DNA of 38,669 nucleotides, taken from assembly GCA_038998625.1 (NCBI GenBank), contig JAWADS010000005.1, positions 1-38,669 on the forward strand, written 5' to 3'. Below are positions 6,211 through 15,042 of the stretch, in pieces (position 1 is the first letter of the stretch; each line of letters begins with the position of its first letter). The notes below the pieces were generated by a model. The model had not been told where the DNA came from and did not search any database. It saw only the letters and a program-made list of their open reading frames with translations. The stretch comes from Candidatus Aenigmatarchaeota archaeon. GTDB lineage: Archaea > Aenigmatarchaeota > Aenigmatarchaeia > CG10238-14 > SCSR01. The translations under genes were made by a program, and so were the position numbers.

Positions 6211-9018
6211 TTAAATCTTCCAATATTTCCTGGTTTTCAAAAATTTTCTTTCACTTTCTAAAATATCCTTTATCAAATCCTCTTCTGTTTCATGATATTT
6301 CGCTAAAATTTTTTTCGCAGTGCTAGGCCCAACACCACGGCCAGCTAAAACTATAGCCGCTTTTTTGCCATAGTTTAAAAATAACTCTGCAGTTTCTTTT
6401 ATTCTTTTCAATTTTTCTCTTTCACCAGAATTTAGCTCAATATTCCTTAGGTACTTTTGAACAATTCTTACAATCTTCAAATCCTTTGGATTTGTTATTG
6501 CAAGTAATTTTGCTCCACATTTTTTACATATAATTTTGTCTGATATATCTTTTACCACAAAAACTTCATGCCAATTGCCACAATTTAGACAAATAAGTCT
6601 ATGATGGGAATTCATTATTCTTTTTTTGAAAATTTCAAAAATTTCTCTATCTGGCTTTTCTGGTACAATCAAATCAGCGAACTTATGTATTAATCCAATT
6701 TTTCCTAAAAAGGATAAGCCAGGTTTGAAAACTAGTGCAATTTCTTTGCTTTGAATCTTCTTTAAAATTTCTTTTGTCATTTCTATATCCAGCTTTTCTG
6801 TTTCTAATTCCTTCAACGCCTCCTTAAAAACAGGCGTACCTAAATATTCATTAATTATTTTTTGCAGTGTTAATTTTCCATAATCAGCCTCTCTTTTTAT
6901 GACGCCAAACCTTTTTGCCACGTGAACAAATTTCCATGCGAAAAGCTCGCTTCGAGACAAACTCAATTCCAAATAACTTTTCAAATGTTCAGGATTAGTT
7001 TCTAATAAAATTTCTTTCAATAATTCTAAATTTTTTCTGCCTTCTTGAAACTGAATTATAATTCTATAAGGGTCGGTTCTTAAAGCAACAGAACCTACAC
7101 GACTGGTTAGCAATGAAGATATAAATCTTCCTAAAGTTTCATTTATTTGTGAACCAAAGCAAGCATGTAAAATTACTAAATCATCCACATCTTCAATTAA
7201 AACAGTTTTTTCATCAGGAATTATCCCAAATTTACTTTGCTTTTTTATAACCTCTACCATTATTTTTGCACAATTTTCATCAATAGGATATTTGCTTACC
7301 AGCTCCTGTATTATTTCTTCATCTTCTTTTCCTTCAAGATTTTCTTTGATAATACCCCTTAATTTTCCAACTTCTTGAGCTACATCAAAAGGTACAGGAA
7401 TTAATTCACCCTCCCAGCCAGGAATAGCAGCCTCAATATCTTGCGTCGGCTCAACAAAAACTTTATCTTCCATTACATCTAAAATTCGCCATGCTTCGCC
7501 CTTTACAATAAAAGAAGTATTTGGCTCGCCATGCATAGCTACAAATTCTTCATCTAGTACTCCAACAAAAGAATTGTCTAAACTGTTAATGATTTTGTAT
7601 TGCTTTACTTCAGGTATTGTGGATAATTGTGAAAAGTAATATTCAAAACCTCTTCTCTTTTTCTTTATATACCCATTTAAAAAAATCAATCCTATTTTTT
7701 CCAAAATTTTGCAAACTTCTAAAAATTCTTCGAAGTTAAGGTTTTTATAAGGTTTTGCTCTTTTTATAATCTCATAAGCTTTTTCTATTCTAATCTTTCC
7801 AAAATCAAAAGTTAGTCCAACAATTTGATGCGCTAAAACATCTAAAGAATTGTGGTGGAACTTTATCTCTTCCAATTCTTCTTTCAAGGCCTTTCTTGCA
7901 ATAACAGCAGATTCAAAAACGTCATCTTCATCGGTTGAGATTATAATTCCTTTACTAACTCTTTTTAATTCATGCCCACTTCTACCAATACGTTGAATTA
8001 TCTGTGTAACTTGTCTGGGGCTCATGTATTGTAATACTAAATCTACGCTTCCGATATCTATGCCTAGCTGTAGGCTCGATGTAGCAATCAAAGATTTAAG
8101 TTTCTCAACTTTAAATTCCTTCTCAGCTTTAATTCTAACTTCCTTGCTTAAGCTGCTATGATGAACTTCTATAGGAAATTTTTTGTCAATAGTTTTAATC
8201 CTACTAGCTAAAATCTCTGCAAATTCTCTAGTATTTGTGAAAGTTAAAGTACTTCTAGAATTTTTTATTAGTTCCATTATTGTTCTTAGTCTTGCAGCTG
8301 TTTCTATTGAAGTCGCCACTTTATTCGCAATTTTTTTATCTTCCAACTTAGGTTTAGGATTAATAACTTTTATATCCATCTGCTTTGAGGTCACAGCCTT
8401 TACAATTTTTACTGATCTGCCTCCTGCAAAAAATTCAGCTACTTTTTCTGGATCGCCTACAGTAGCTGATAACATTATAAGCTGAAAATCTCCACATAAT
8501 TCCCTTAATCTTTCTAAAGCTAAAGCTAATTGTACGCCACGCTTGGAATCAGCACATTCATGAATTTCATCTAAAACTACATACTTCACATTCCTCAAAT
8601 GCTCTCTGATTTTTTTACCTGTTAGAATTGGTTGCAAAGTTTCTAAAGTCATAAAAAGAATTTGTGGAGGAAATTCTACTTGCAGCTTTCTTTCATAGGC
8701 TGAAGTATCACCATGTCTTACAGAAATTTCTATTCCTAATTGATTTACCCACCATAACATTCTTTCTATTAAATCACGGTTGAGAGCTTTTAGTGGAGTA
8801 ATATATAAAACAGAAATCGGATTTAACCTTTTTTCTAAAATAAAGTTGAATATGGGTAGCATTGCGGCTTCAGTTTTTCCCGTGCCTACTTGAGCTATAA
8901 TTAAAGTATTTAACCCTGATAAAATGCTGGGTATACCTAATTCTTGTGGCAAAGTGGGCTCTTTAAATCTCTTGTTTATCAATTCTTGTAATTGTGGATT
9001 TAGTTTTTGGAAAACCAT
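6211..9018 (-). CDS. lhr: Archaeal Lhr-family SF2 helicase with C-terminal Zn ribbon
   Basis: GTGKT, ITPLKALNRD, DEIH, SAT, HHSSLS, QRIGRSGH; CLNC...CKKC. Confidence 0.93.
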   Translation of the reverse strand: MVFQKLNPQLQELINKRFKEPTLPQELGIPSILSGLNTLIIAQVGTGKTEAAMLPIFNFILEKRLNPISVLYITPLKALNRDLIERMLWWVNQLGIEISVRHGDTSAYERKLQVEFPPQILFMTLETLQPILTGKKIREHLRNVKYVVLDEIHECADSKRGVQLALALERLRELCGDFQLIMLSATVGDPEKVAEFFAGGRSVKIVKAVTSKQMDIKVINPKPKLEDKKIANKVATSIETAARLRTIMELIKNSRSTLTFTNTREFAEILASRIKTIDKKFPIEVHHSSLSKEVRIKAEKEFKVEKLKSLIATSSLQLGIDIGSVDLVLQYMSPRQVTQIIQRIGRSGHELKRVSKGIIISTDEDDVFESAVIARKALKEELEEIKFHHNSLDVLAHQIVGLTFDFGKIRIEKAYEIIKRAKPYKNLNFEEFLEVCKILEKIGLIFLNGYIKKKRRGFEYYFSQLSTIPEVKQYKIINSLDNSFVGVLDEEFVAMHGEPNTSFIVKGEAWRILDVMEDKVFVEPTQDIEAAIPGWEGELIPVPFDVAQEVGKLRGIIKENLEGKEDEEIIQELVSKYPIDENCAKIMVEVIKKQSKFGIIPDEKTVLIEDVDDLVILHACFGSQINETLGRFISSLLTSRVGSVALRTDPYRIIIQFQEGRKNLELLKEILLETNPEHLKSYLELSLSRSELFAWKFVHVAKRFGVIKREADYGKLTLQKIINEYLGTPVFKEALKELETEKLDIEMTKEILKKIQSKEIALVFKPGLSFLGKIGLIHKFADLIVPEKPDREIFEIFKKRIMNSHHRLICLNCGNWHEVFVVKDISDKIICKKCGAKLLAITNPKDLKIVRIVQKYLRNIELNSGEREKLKRIKETAELFLNYGKKAAIVLAGRGVGPSTAKKILAKYHETEEDLIKDILESERKFLKTRKYWKI

Positions 9019-9097
9019 TATTCCACCTGAAAAATATAGTTTCCACTAACTAGGAGGAGAATATATATTATACGTTTTACTATCATAACTAACATTA

Positions 9098-9730
9098 ATG
9101 GAAGGAACTATACTAAAAATAATCGAAGAACTTAATAAAGTTTATCGTATAGAGGTTAGAAAGGATAAACCCTTTGAGGCCTTGATTCACGGAATTCTTT
9201 CATCCAGAACAAAGGATGAAGTTACTTTTCAAGCTCAAGAAAAATTATTGAAAAAAGCCAACACTCCTGAAAAAATTTTGAAGTTATCAGTAAAAGAAAT
9301 AGAAAAATTAATTTATCCTGTTGGTTTTTATAGAGTTAAGGCTAAAAGAATAAAGCAAGCTTGTAAATTTCTTATCGAGAATTTTAAAGGTAGTGTTCCC
9401 AATAAAAGAGAAGAGCTTATGAAAATTCCAGGAGTTGGAGGGAAGATCGCTGATATAATTTTGCTTTTTGGTTATTCTCAGAAGGTTATACCTGTAGATG
9501 TACATGTGGAGGTTGTGGCAAAAAGACTTGGTATAGCTGATGAAAAAGATGCGCCAGAAAAAGTCAGGGAAAAATTACATAACTTAATTCCTGAAAAGTT
9601 TAGACCTATATTTAATCAACTTTTTGTTCAATTTGGAAGGGAAATTTGCCAGACTAGAAGGCCTTTGTGCTATAAATGTCCAATTATTAAATATTGCCCC
9701 TATGAGCCGAAAAATTTGAAACAAAATTAA
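9098..9730 (+). CDS. nth: Endonuclease III (HhH-GPD, 4Fe-4S)
   Basis: ILSSRTKD, PGVGGK, PVDVHV, C-x6-C-x2-C-x5-C. Confidence 0.95.
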   Translation: MEGTILKIIEELNKVYRIEVRKDKPFEALIHGILSSRTKDEVTFQAQEKLLKKANTPEKILKLSVKEIEKLIYPVGFYRVKAKRIKQACKFLIENFKGSVPNKREELMKIPGVGGKIADIILLFGYSQKVIPVDVHVEVVAKRLGIADEKDAPEKVREKLHNLIPEKFRPIFNQLFVQFGREICQTRRPLCYKCPIIKYCPYEPKNLKQN

Positions 9731-9807
9731 AAGAGTAAATTTTTCATTAGACTCTACCACCAAAACGAGTTCTATTTCTATATACTTAATTAAAAAATAA
9801 GATTTCA

Positions 9808-10254
9808 TTGATGAAGATGAGAAAGGAAATCTTAATAATTGGTACAATTCTAGCTTTACTATTCACATTACCAGCAGTTTTGGCATTAACTACAACAATA
9901 ACCGCTGGTCAGATAACAGATTTAGAAACAAATGAATTCTTAACTGATTTCGGTATGGTAATAGGGACAATAAAATTTAAATTAGGAAATTTCAGTTGGG
10001 TGCCTAGTACAATTTGGTTGCTGCCTGCAGAAATAGATCCTGATATTTTTTCAAAAAATTTGACAATAAAAGATTATTTGCAAATTCCTGAAAACGTTAC
10101 TTTCAGTACTTGCAGAACCGCTGTCTATTACAATGCCACCCTAGGATATGGTTTCAAAATTTATAATACAGCGAGTACAACACAAATCTTACCAAATGGA
10201 ACTTTTTGTGGTTTAGCATATAACGGGACTTACTTTGTGTATGCAAGATACTAA
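9808..10254 (+). CDS. Hypothetical secreted/surface protein
   Basis: Signal-peptide-like N-terminus and several N-x-S/T sequons; exact start uncertain. Confidence 0.65.
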   Translation: MMKMRKEILIIGTILALLFTLPAVLALTTTITAGQITDLETNEFLTDFGMVIGTIKFKLGNFSWVPSTIWLLPAEIDPDIFSKNLTIKDYLQIPENVTFSTCRTAVYYNATLGYGFKIYNTASTTQILPNGTFCGLAYNGTYFVYARY

Positions 10255-10257
10255 AAA

Positions 10258-10482
10258 GTGACAAAAATGATAAATTTTCAAGTAATTATCTTGGCATTAC
10301 TTTTTCTCTTTGCACTTTTTTTGATCACCTTAAACTATACAAGTTATTTTTCGAAAGTTGATTTAAATGTTAATTCTTCTAAAAATAGTAAAGATTCAAA
10401 TTGGTATCTTGTTGGTTTAATAAAAATAGAAAATGGAAGAATTCTTGAGTTAACTTTCCAAAATCTCACTGGCAACCCTTAA
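10258..10482 (+). CDS. Small membrane-anchored hypothetical protein
   Basis: N-terminal hydrophobic helix; 3' end overlaps the convergent gene. Confidence 0.45.
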   Translation: MTKMINFQVIILALLFLFALFLITLNYTSYFSKVDLNVNSSKNSKDSNWYLVGLIKIENGRILELTFQNLTGNP

Positions 10483-11280
10483 TATTTCATTCAATCTTTT
10501 TTCTTTGATGTGCGTTTTTCTTTTTAAATCATGAAGGTTACTTTTTACTAAATCTTTTAAAGTGATGACGCCCGAGTTTAGCAAAGCAAATGTTTCAATA
10601 GGTTTTAAAATTTTTAAAAATGTTATTGGATAAAGTTTCTTTTCTTCAATCAAACTTTCTATTCCTTTATTTTCAGGTGCTCTCCAGCCCAAATATTCAA
10701 TATTTTCGCATGAAGCAAACCTTTTTGCATGATCTGAAATTTTTGTATTGCATACTACTAAAGCTTTATTAAAATTGAAAACGTTATTTTTCATTTCATA
10801 GCCTTTTTTTAAATCATCCAGGGCTGCTTTTACTTCCAAGAAGACATCTAGGCCTGTATATGTATGCGCCTGAATATGATGCTTAACTTCAACATAGGTT
10901 ATTTCTCTATCACCTTTTGCAATTATGTCAACTTCATGATCAACACATTTTCCTTGAACTATTTGGTTCGTAATAACTTGATATCCATGTTCTTGTAAAA
11001 GCCTAGCAATATATTGCTCAAAATCCGGTTTAGGCCTTAACATGGCTATAGCCTCCCTTAAGTCAATTAAATAACTAACTTCAGGACGAAATTCTTTTAT
11101 AAAAGAAAAAATCATTTTTAAAATTTCCTTTGTACTAATTCCATCATAAGCTTTCTTTTCAATTTTATCTGCTATTATTTTTGCTTGTTCCAAGGAAGCG
11201 CGCATTCTTAAACAAGTTCTAATAATTTTTTCTTTAGAGAAGAGCTGTTTAGAGCCATCGAACTTTGTAACATATATCAT
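10450..11280 (-). CDS. ATP-cone + Mrr-like PD-(D/E)xK endonuclease domain protein
   Basis: N-terminal YVTKFDGSKQLFSKEKI ATP-cone; FEQYIARLL..GY, HEVDIIA, YVEVKHH nuclease motif. Confidence 0.85.
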   Translation of the reverse strand: MIYVTKFDGSKQLFSKEKIIRTCLRMRASLEQAKIIADKIEKKAYDGISTKEILKMIFSFIKEFRPEVSYLIDLREAIAMLRPKPDFEQYIARLLQEHGYQVITNQIVQGKCVDHEVDIIAKGDREITYVEVKHHIQAHTYTGLDVFLEVKAALDDLKKGYEMKNNVFNFNKALVVCNTKISDHAKRFASCENIEYLGWRAPENKGIESLIEEKKLYPITFLKILKPIETFALLNSGVITLKDLVKSNLHDLKRKTHIKEKRLNEILRVASEILES

Positions 11281-11448
11281 AATAAAATTTTAGTTTAATG
11301 AAATAAATTTTGTTAACTAAAAGGTTTTATTAGCAACGATGATAATCTCAAGTTTCCCAATTAATTTATTTAATTTATAATATTTATTGCAGTATTAGCA
11401 ACGGCATTTTATTTCATATTTAAGCTAATATTAAAAAAAATTTGCAAA

Positions 11449-11937
11449 TTATTGTTTAGCTTCGCTTAGAATTTTCTTTATTTCTTCAGTGGTTAGCCCA
11501 AAATATTTTTCAAAGTCAGAAGTTGTATAGACCAACCTCGTTCTTCCATATTTTTCAGTTCTTATTAAACCTTTTTCTTCCAAACTTTTTATATAACCAT
11601 AAGCTTTATTTCCTTGATATCTAACTATAGCTGATTGCTTCACAGGCTGTTTAGCTGCAACAATAGCTAAAGTTCTCATCATCCCTTCTCCTAAATCAGC
11701 AAAGGGAGCTAGTTTTGCAACCTTTTCTCTATATTCAGGTTTCAATCTAAATTCATAGCCCTGAGGGGTTTCCACTAACTCATAGCCTCTATCATCTTTG
11801 TCTAACTCATACTGCAAAAGCCTTAATATCTGTTTTATCTCATCTTTTTCTATATTTGTTATGGAATTTAATTGTTCTACAGTTAAGGGTTTATCTGAAA
11901 CAAAAAGTGCTGCTTCGATTAAAGCCTTTTTATTCAT
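11449..11937 (-). CDS. scpB: Segregation and condensation protein B
   Basis: KALIEAALFVSDKPL, TLAIVAAKQP, YTTSDFEKYFGL. Confidence 0.93.
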   Translation of the reverse strand: MNKKALIEAALFVSDKPLTVEQLNSITNIEKDEIKQILRLLQYELDKDDRGYELVETPQGYEFRLKPEYREKVAKLAPFADLGEGMMRTLAIVAAKQPVKQSAIVRYQGNKAYGYIKSLEEKGLIRTEKYGRTRLVYTTSDFEKYFGLTTEEIKKILSEAKQ

Positions 11938-11979
11938 AATAAATAATTCACTTTATTTCAACAAAACTTTTTCTCAACA

Positions 11980-13125
11980 TCAATAAGTTACTACTTCAAC
12001 TTCTTTCAAAGCATCTCTAACCATTTTTTCTACTTTTAACTTATTTTCAAATTTTCTTATTAATTTAATATTTCCAGCAGCGCTGGCATGCTTTGGCACG
12101 AATAACGTGCAACAATCTTCCTGTGGTTTTATAGAAATTTCATAAGTTCCAATTTCCTTGGCTAGTTCGATAATTTCCTGCTTATCCAAGCCTATTAAAG
12201 GTCTTAAAATAGGCAATTTTGTGACTTCTTCTATAATTTTTAAATTTGCTAATGTTTGAGAACTTACTTGCCCCAAACTTTCTCCTGTGACAATTCCTTC
12301 GCATCTCTCTTTTTTAGCAATTTTTTCAGCAATTCTTAACATTATTCTTCTGTATAACAATACCCTATACCTTGGTTCAACAAAACTTTTAATCTTCATT
12401 TGAATCTTGTGAAAAGGAACTAAATAAACTTTTAGTTTAGGCTGATAATTCAAAAAAACTCTTGCTAATTCTTTAATTTTTTTTATGCTAGAATTGGAAA
12501 CTAGAGGAAAGCTGTGAAAATGAACCCAAACATTTTCACTACCTCTTTTGGCAATTAAATAGCTTGCCACTGGCGAATCAATTCCACCAGATATCATAGC
12601 CAGAGCTTTGCTTCCGCTGCCCACTGGCAAGCCACCTCCACCCCTTTTCTTTTTAAAATAAATAAACCAAACTTTTTTTCTTGCTTCTAAAAAAAGCTCA
12701 ATATCTGGCCTATCCAAATTAACTTTTCTCTTTATTTTGTTTGCAACTTTTCTAATTATTTCCTCGCTACTTTCTTTTAAGTTCCCTTTCTTAAGTCTTA
12801 TAGCAAAAGTTTGATTTTTCTTTATCCATTTTTCATAATTTTTTTCGACAAACTGCAAAATTTCTTTCATATTACCTTTTAAAAAAATTGCTGGGGCAAA
12901 CCAAGAAATTCCAAAAACATTTTTTATAACATTTTCAGCCTTTTTTTCTTCTTTTGTTTCAATGAAAATTCTTTCTCTATACGGATAAAGTTGAAATTGA
13001 ACTTCTTTATTTTTAAGAGCAAAGGAAAGGTTTTGAATAAGTTTTTGTAAGAAAATTTTTCTAACACTTTCAGATTTAAGAAAAAGTTCGCCAAAAGCTA
13101 CTAATATTCCTTCCTTTTTTTCTAT
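11980..13125 (-). CDS. thiI: tRNA 4-thiouridine synthase ThiI (no rhodanese domain); start extended to a probable ATA codon
   Basis: PP-loop SGGIDSPVA, GESLGQVSSQT, PQEDCC. The frame stays open upstream of 12870 and encodes GILVAFGELFLKS, the ThiI N-terminus. Confidence 0.92.
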   Translation of the reverse strand: MEKKEGILVAFGELFLKSESVRKIFLQKLIQNLSFALKNKEVQFQLYPYRERIFIETKEEKKAENVIKNVFGISWFAPAIFLKGNMKEILQFVEKNYEKWIKKNQTFAIRLKKGNLKESSEEIIRKVANKIKRKVNLDRPDIELFLEARKKVWFIYFKKKRGGGGLPVGSGSKALAMISGGIDSPVASYLIAKRGSENVWVHFHSFPLVSNSSIKKIKELARVFLNYQPKLKVYLVPFHKIQMKIKSFVEPRYRVLLYRRIMLRIAEKIAKKERCEGIVTGESLGQVSSQTLANLKIIEEVTKLPILRPLIGLDKQEIIELAKEIGTYEISIKPQEDCCTLFVPKHASAAGNIKLIRKFENKLKVEKMVRDALKEVEVVTY

Positions 13126-13150
13126 TATTATCCCTCCCCTTACTACTTAA

Positions 13151-14311
13151 TCATTTTTTAAAAGGATGAATTTTCCTCAACTTTTCTACTATCTTTGGCA
13201 AAACTTTTAGTACATAATTAACTTCTTCCTTTGTAGTCCATCTACCTAGGCTAAGCCTTAAGCTGCTTTGGGCTTCATAGGGTGTTAAACCAATAGCTAG
13301 CAACACATGACTTGGCTCCATGCTTTCTGTTGAGCAAGCCGAGCCTGTAGAGGCCGCTACCCCATACATATCTAAAAAAGTTACGAGGCTTTCCCCCTCT
13401 ATGTAATCAAATCTAAGATTTACATTATTTGGCAATCTTTTAGTGGAATGGCCATTTAAGTAAGATTTTTCTATTCCCTCTAAAATTCCTTTTATTAATT
13501 TGTCTCTAAACCTTGTTAATTTCTCTGCTTCTTTTTCTATTTCCCTTTCAGCTATTTCTGCAGCGACACCAAATCCAACTACGCTTGCAACATTAACTGT
13601 ACTAGATCTTAAACCAAATTCGTGGCCACCTCCATGAAGCAAAGGCTCTATTTTTACATTTTCATTTATATACAAAGCAGCAGCACCTTTTGGCCCATAC
13701 ATTTTATGGGAACTTACTGTAAGCAAATCAATCTTCATTTTTTCTACATCCACGGGAATTTTTCCATAACTCTGAGCTGCATCAGAGTGGAAATAAACTC
13801 CCTTCTCTCTACAAATTTTTCCTATTTCTTCTATAGGTTCAATGGTTCCGATTTCATTATTTGCATGCATGATGGAAACAAGAATTGTATCTTTGCGGAT
13901 AGCCTTTTCTAACTTAGCAGGATCCACTAAACCGAATTTGTCAACTGGTAGATAAGTTACTTCAAATCCCAAACCTTCGAGCCACCGCGCCGATTCCATT
14001 ACACTAGGATGTTCAATGGCAGAAACAATTATATGTTTTCCTTTTTTACGATTCGCAAAGACAACACCTTTCAATGCTAAATTATTGGCTTCTGTAGCAC
14101 TACTAGTAAAAACAACTTTATCTGATTTTGCATTCATTAGTCTTGCCACTTTTTCTCTCGCATCTTCTAAAGCCTTTTTTGCTTCTTGCCCAAAGGAATG
14201 TAAACTCATAGTATTGCCATATTTTTTGGAAAAAAATGGTACCATGGCCTTTAGAACTCTTGGATCTACTGGTGTAGTAGAAGCATAATCCATATAAATC
14301 CTTTTCTTCAT
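13151..14311 (-). CDS. iscS: Cysteine desulfurase (IscS/NifS group I)
   Basis: YMDYASTTP, SSHKMYGPKG (PLP Lys), STGSACS. Confidence 0.95.
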   Translation of the reverse strand: MKKRIYMDYASTTPVDPRVLKAMVPFFSKKYGNTMSLHSFGQEAKKALEDAREKVARLMNAKSDKVVFTSSATEANNLALKGVVFANRKKGKHIIVSAIEHPSVMESARWLEGLGFEVTYLPVDKFGLVDPAKLEKAIRKDTILVSIMHANNEIGTIEPIEEIGKICREKGVYFHSDAAQSYGKIPVDVEKMKIDLLTVSSHKMYGPKGAAALYINENVKIEPLLHGGGHEFGLRSSTVNVASVVGFGVAAEIAEREIEKEAEKLTRFRDKLIKGILEGIEKSYLNGHSTKRLPNNVNLRFDYIEGESLVTFLDMYGVAASTGSACSTESMEPSHVLLAIGLTPYEAQSSLRLSLGRWTTKEEVNYVLKVLPKIVEKLRKIHPFKK

Positions 14312-14346
14312 CTAAAAACCTCCAGTTTTATGTTTTTAATATATTT

Positions 14347-15039
14347 TTAATTTTTTCTTGAAATCCAAATTTCTTTAAAGAATTCTGACTGCTCAGTTTT
14401 AATTTTTTGATCTTGTTCTAAATGTAATAAAGGCACAAAGTGATTGACAATTTCTTCTCTAGTCCATCTATCCACAATTTTTCTAAATTCTATTTTTTCT
14501 ACTCCAAGTTTTTTCAACATATCATCAATTTTTTTCATCACCCTTTCTATTTTAACGATAATATCTTCCTCCATAGCTACTTCAGCCTGAATTTGCTCCC
14601 TTAAAAATTTTCTTCTAACTTCCTTTTTTGCATATACAGCTAAAGCTTTTTTCAAAGAGTTTATGAGTTCAATTAGTGTTATTTGTCTTTTTGGAACTCT
14701 TTTTATTGCATATCCTAGTTGAATAAGGTTAGGGTCTATTCCCAATTCCTCGAAAGGCTTGCTTTCTTTCAGAACTTCTTTTACATCCTCTTCAGTTTCG
14801 AAAATCGAAAGATAGTCAGCTTTTAGCTTAAGGAGTATGGCTGCAACGAAAATTATTTTTGCTGGAATTCTAAAATCTAAATCTTCTGCACTTTTTATAA
14901 ATTTAATAAAACCATCGGACAATTTTATTAGGTCAATATTCCAAGGGTTCAATTTTTCTAAATTCACGATGTAGTATAAGATTTCTTCCCAACTCTCCTT
15001 TTCCAAGATTAACTTTAAAATATTCTCTTCTTCTGCCAT
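14347..15039 (-). CDS. scpA: Kleisin ScpA
   Basis: LNPWNIDL, AAILLKLKA, C-terminal FVPLLHL...EQ.EFF.EI; directly after smc. Confidence 0.9.
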   Translation of the reverse strand: MAEEENILKLILEKESWEEILYYIVNLEKLNPWNIDLIKLSDGFIKFIKSAEDLDFRIPAKIIFVAAILLKLKADYLSIFETEEDVKEVLKESKPFEELGIDPNLIQLGYAIKRVPKRQITLIELINSLKKALAVYAKKEVRRKFLREQIQAEVAMEEDIIVKIERVMKKIDDMLKKLGVEKIEFRKIVDRWTREEIVNHFVPLLHLEQDQKIKTEQSEFFKEIWISRKN

Positions 15040-15042
15040 AAT

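Noticed and set aside
12870..13140. thiI as a truncated pseudogene
   Set aside because: The upstream frame is uninterrupted and conserved; a non-canonical start explains it better.
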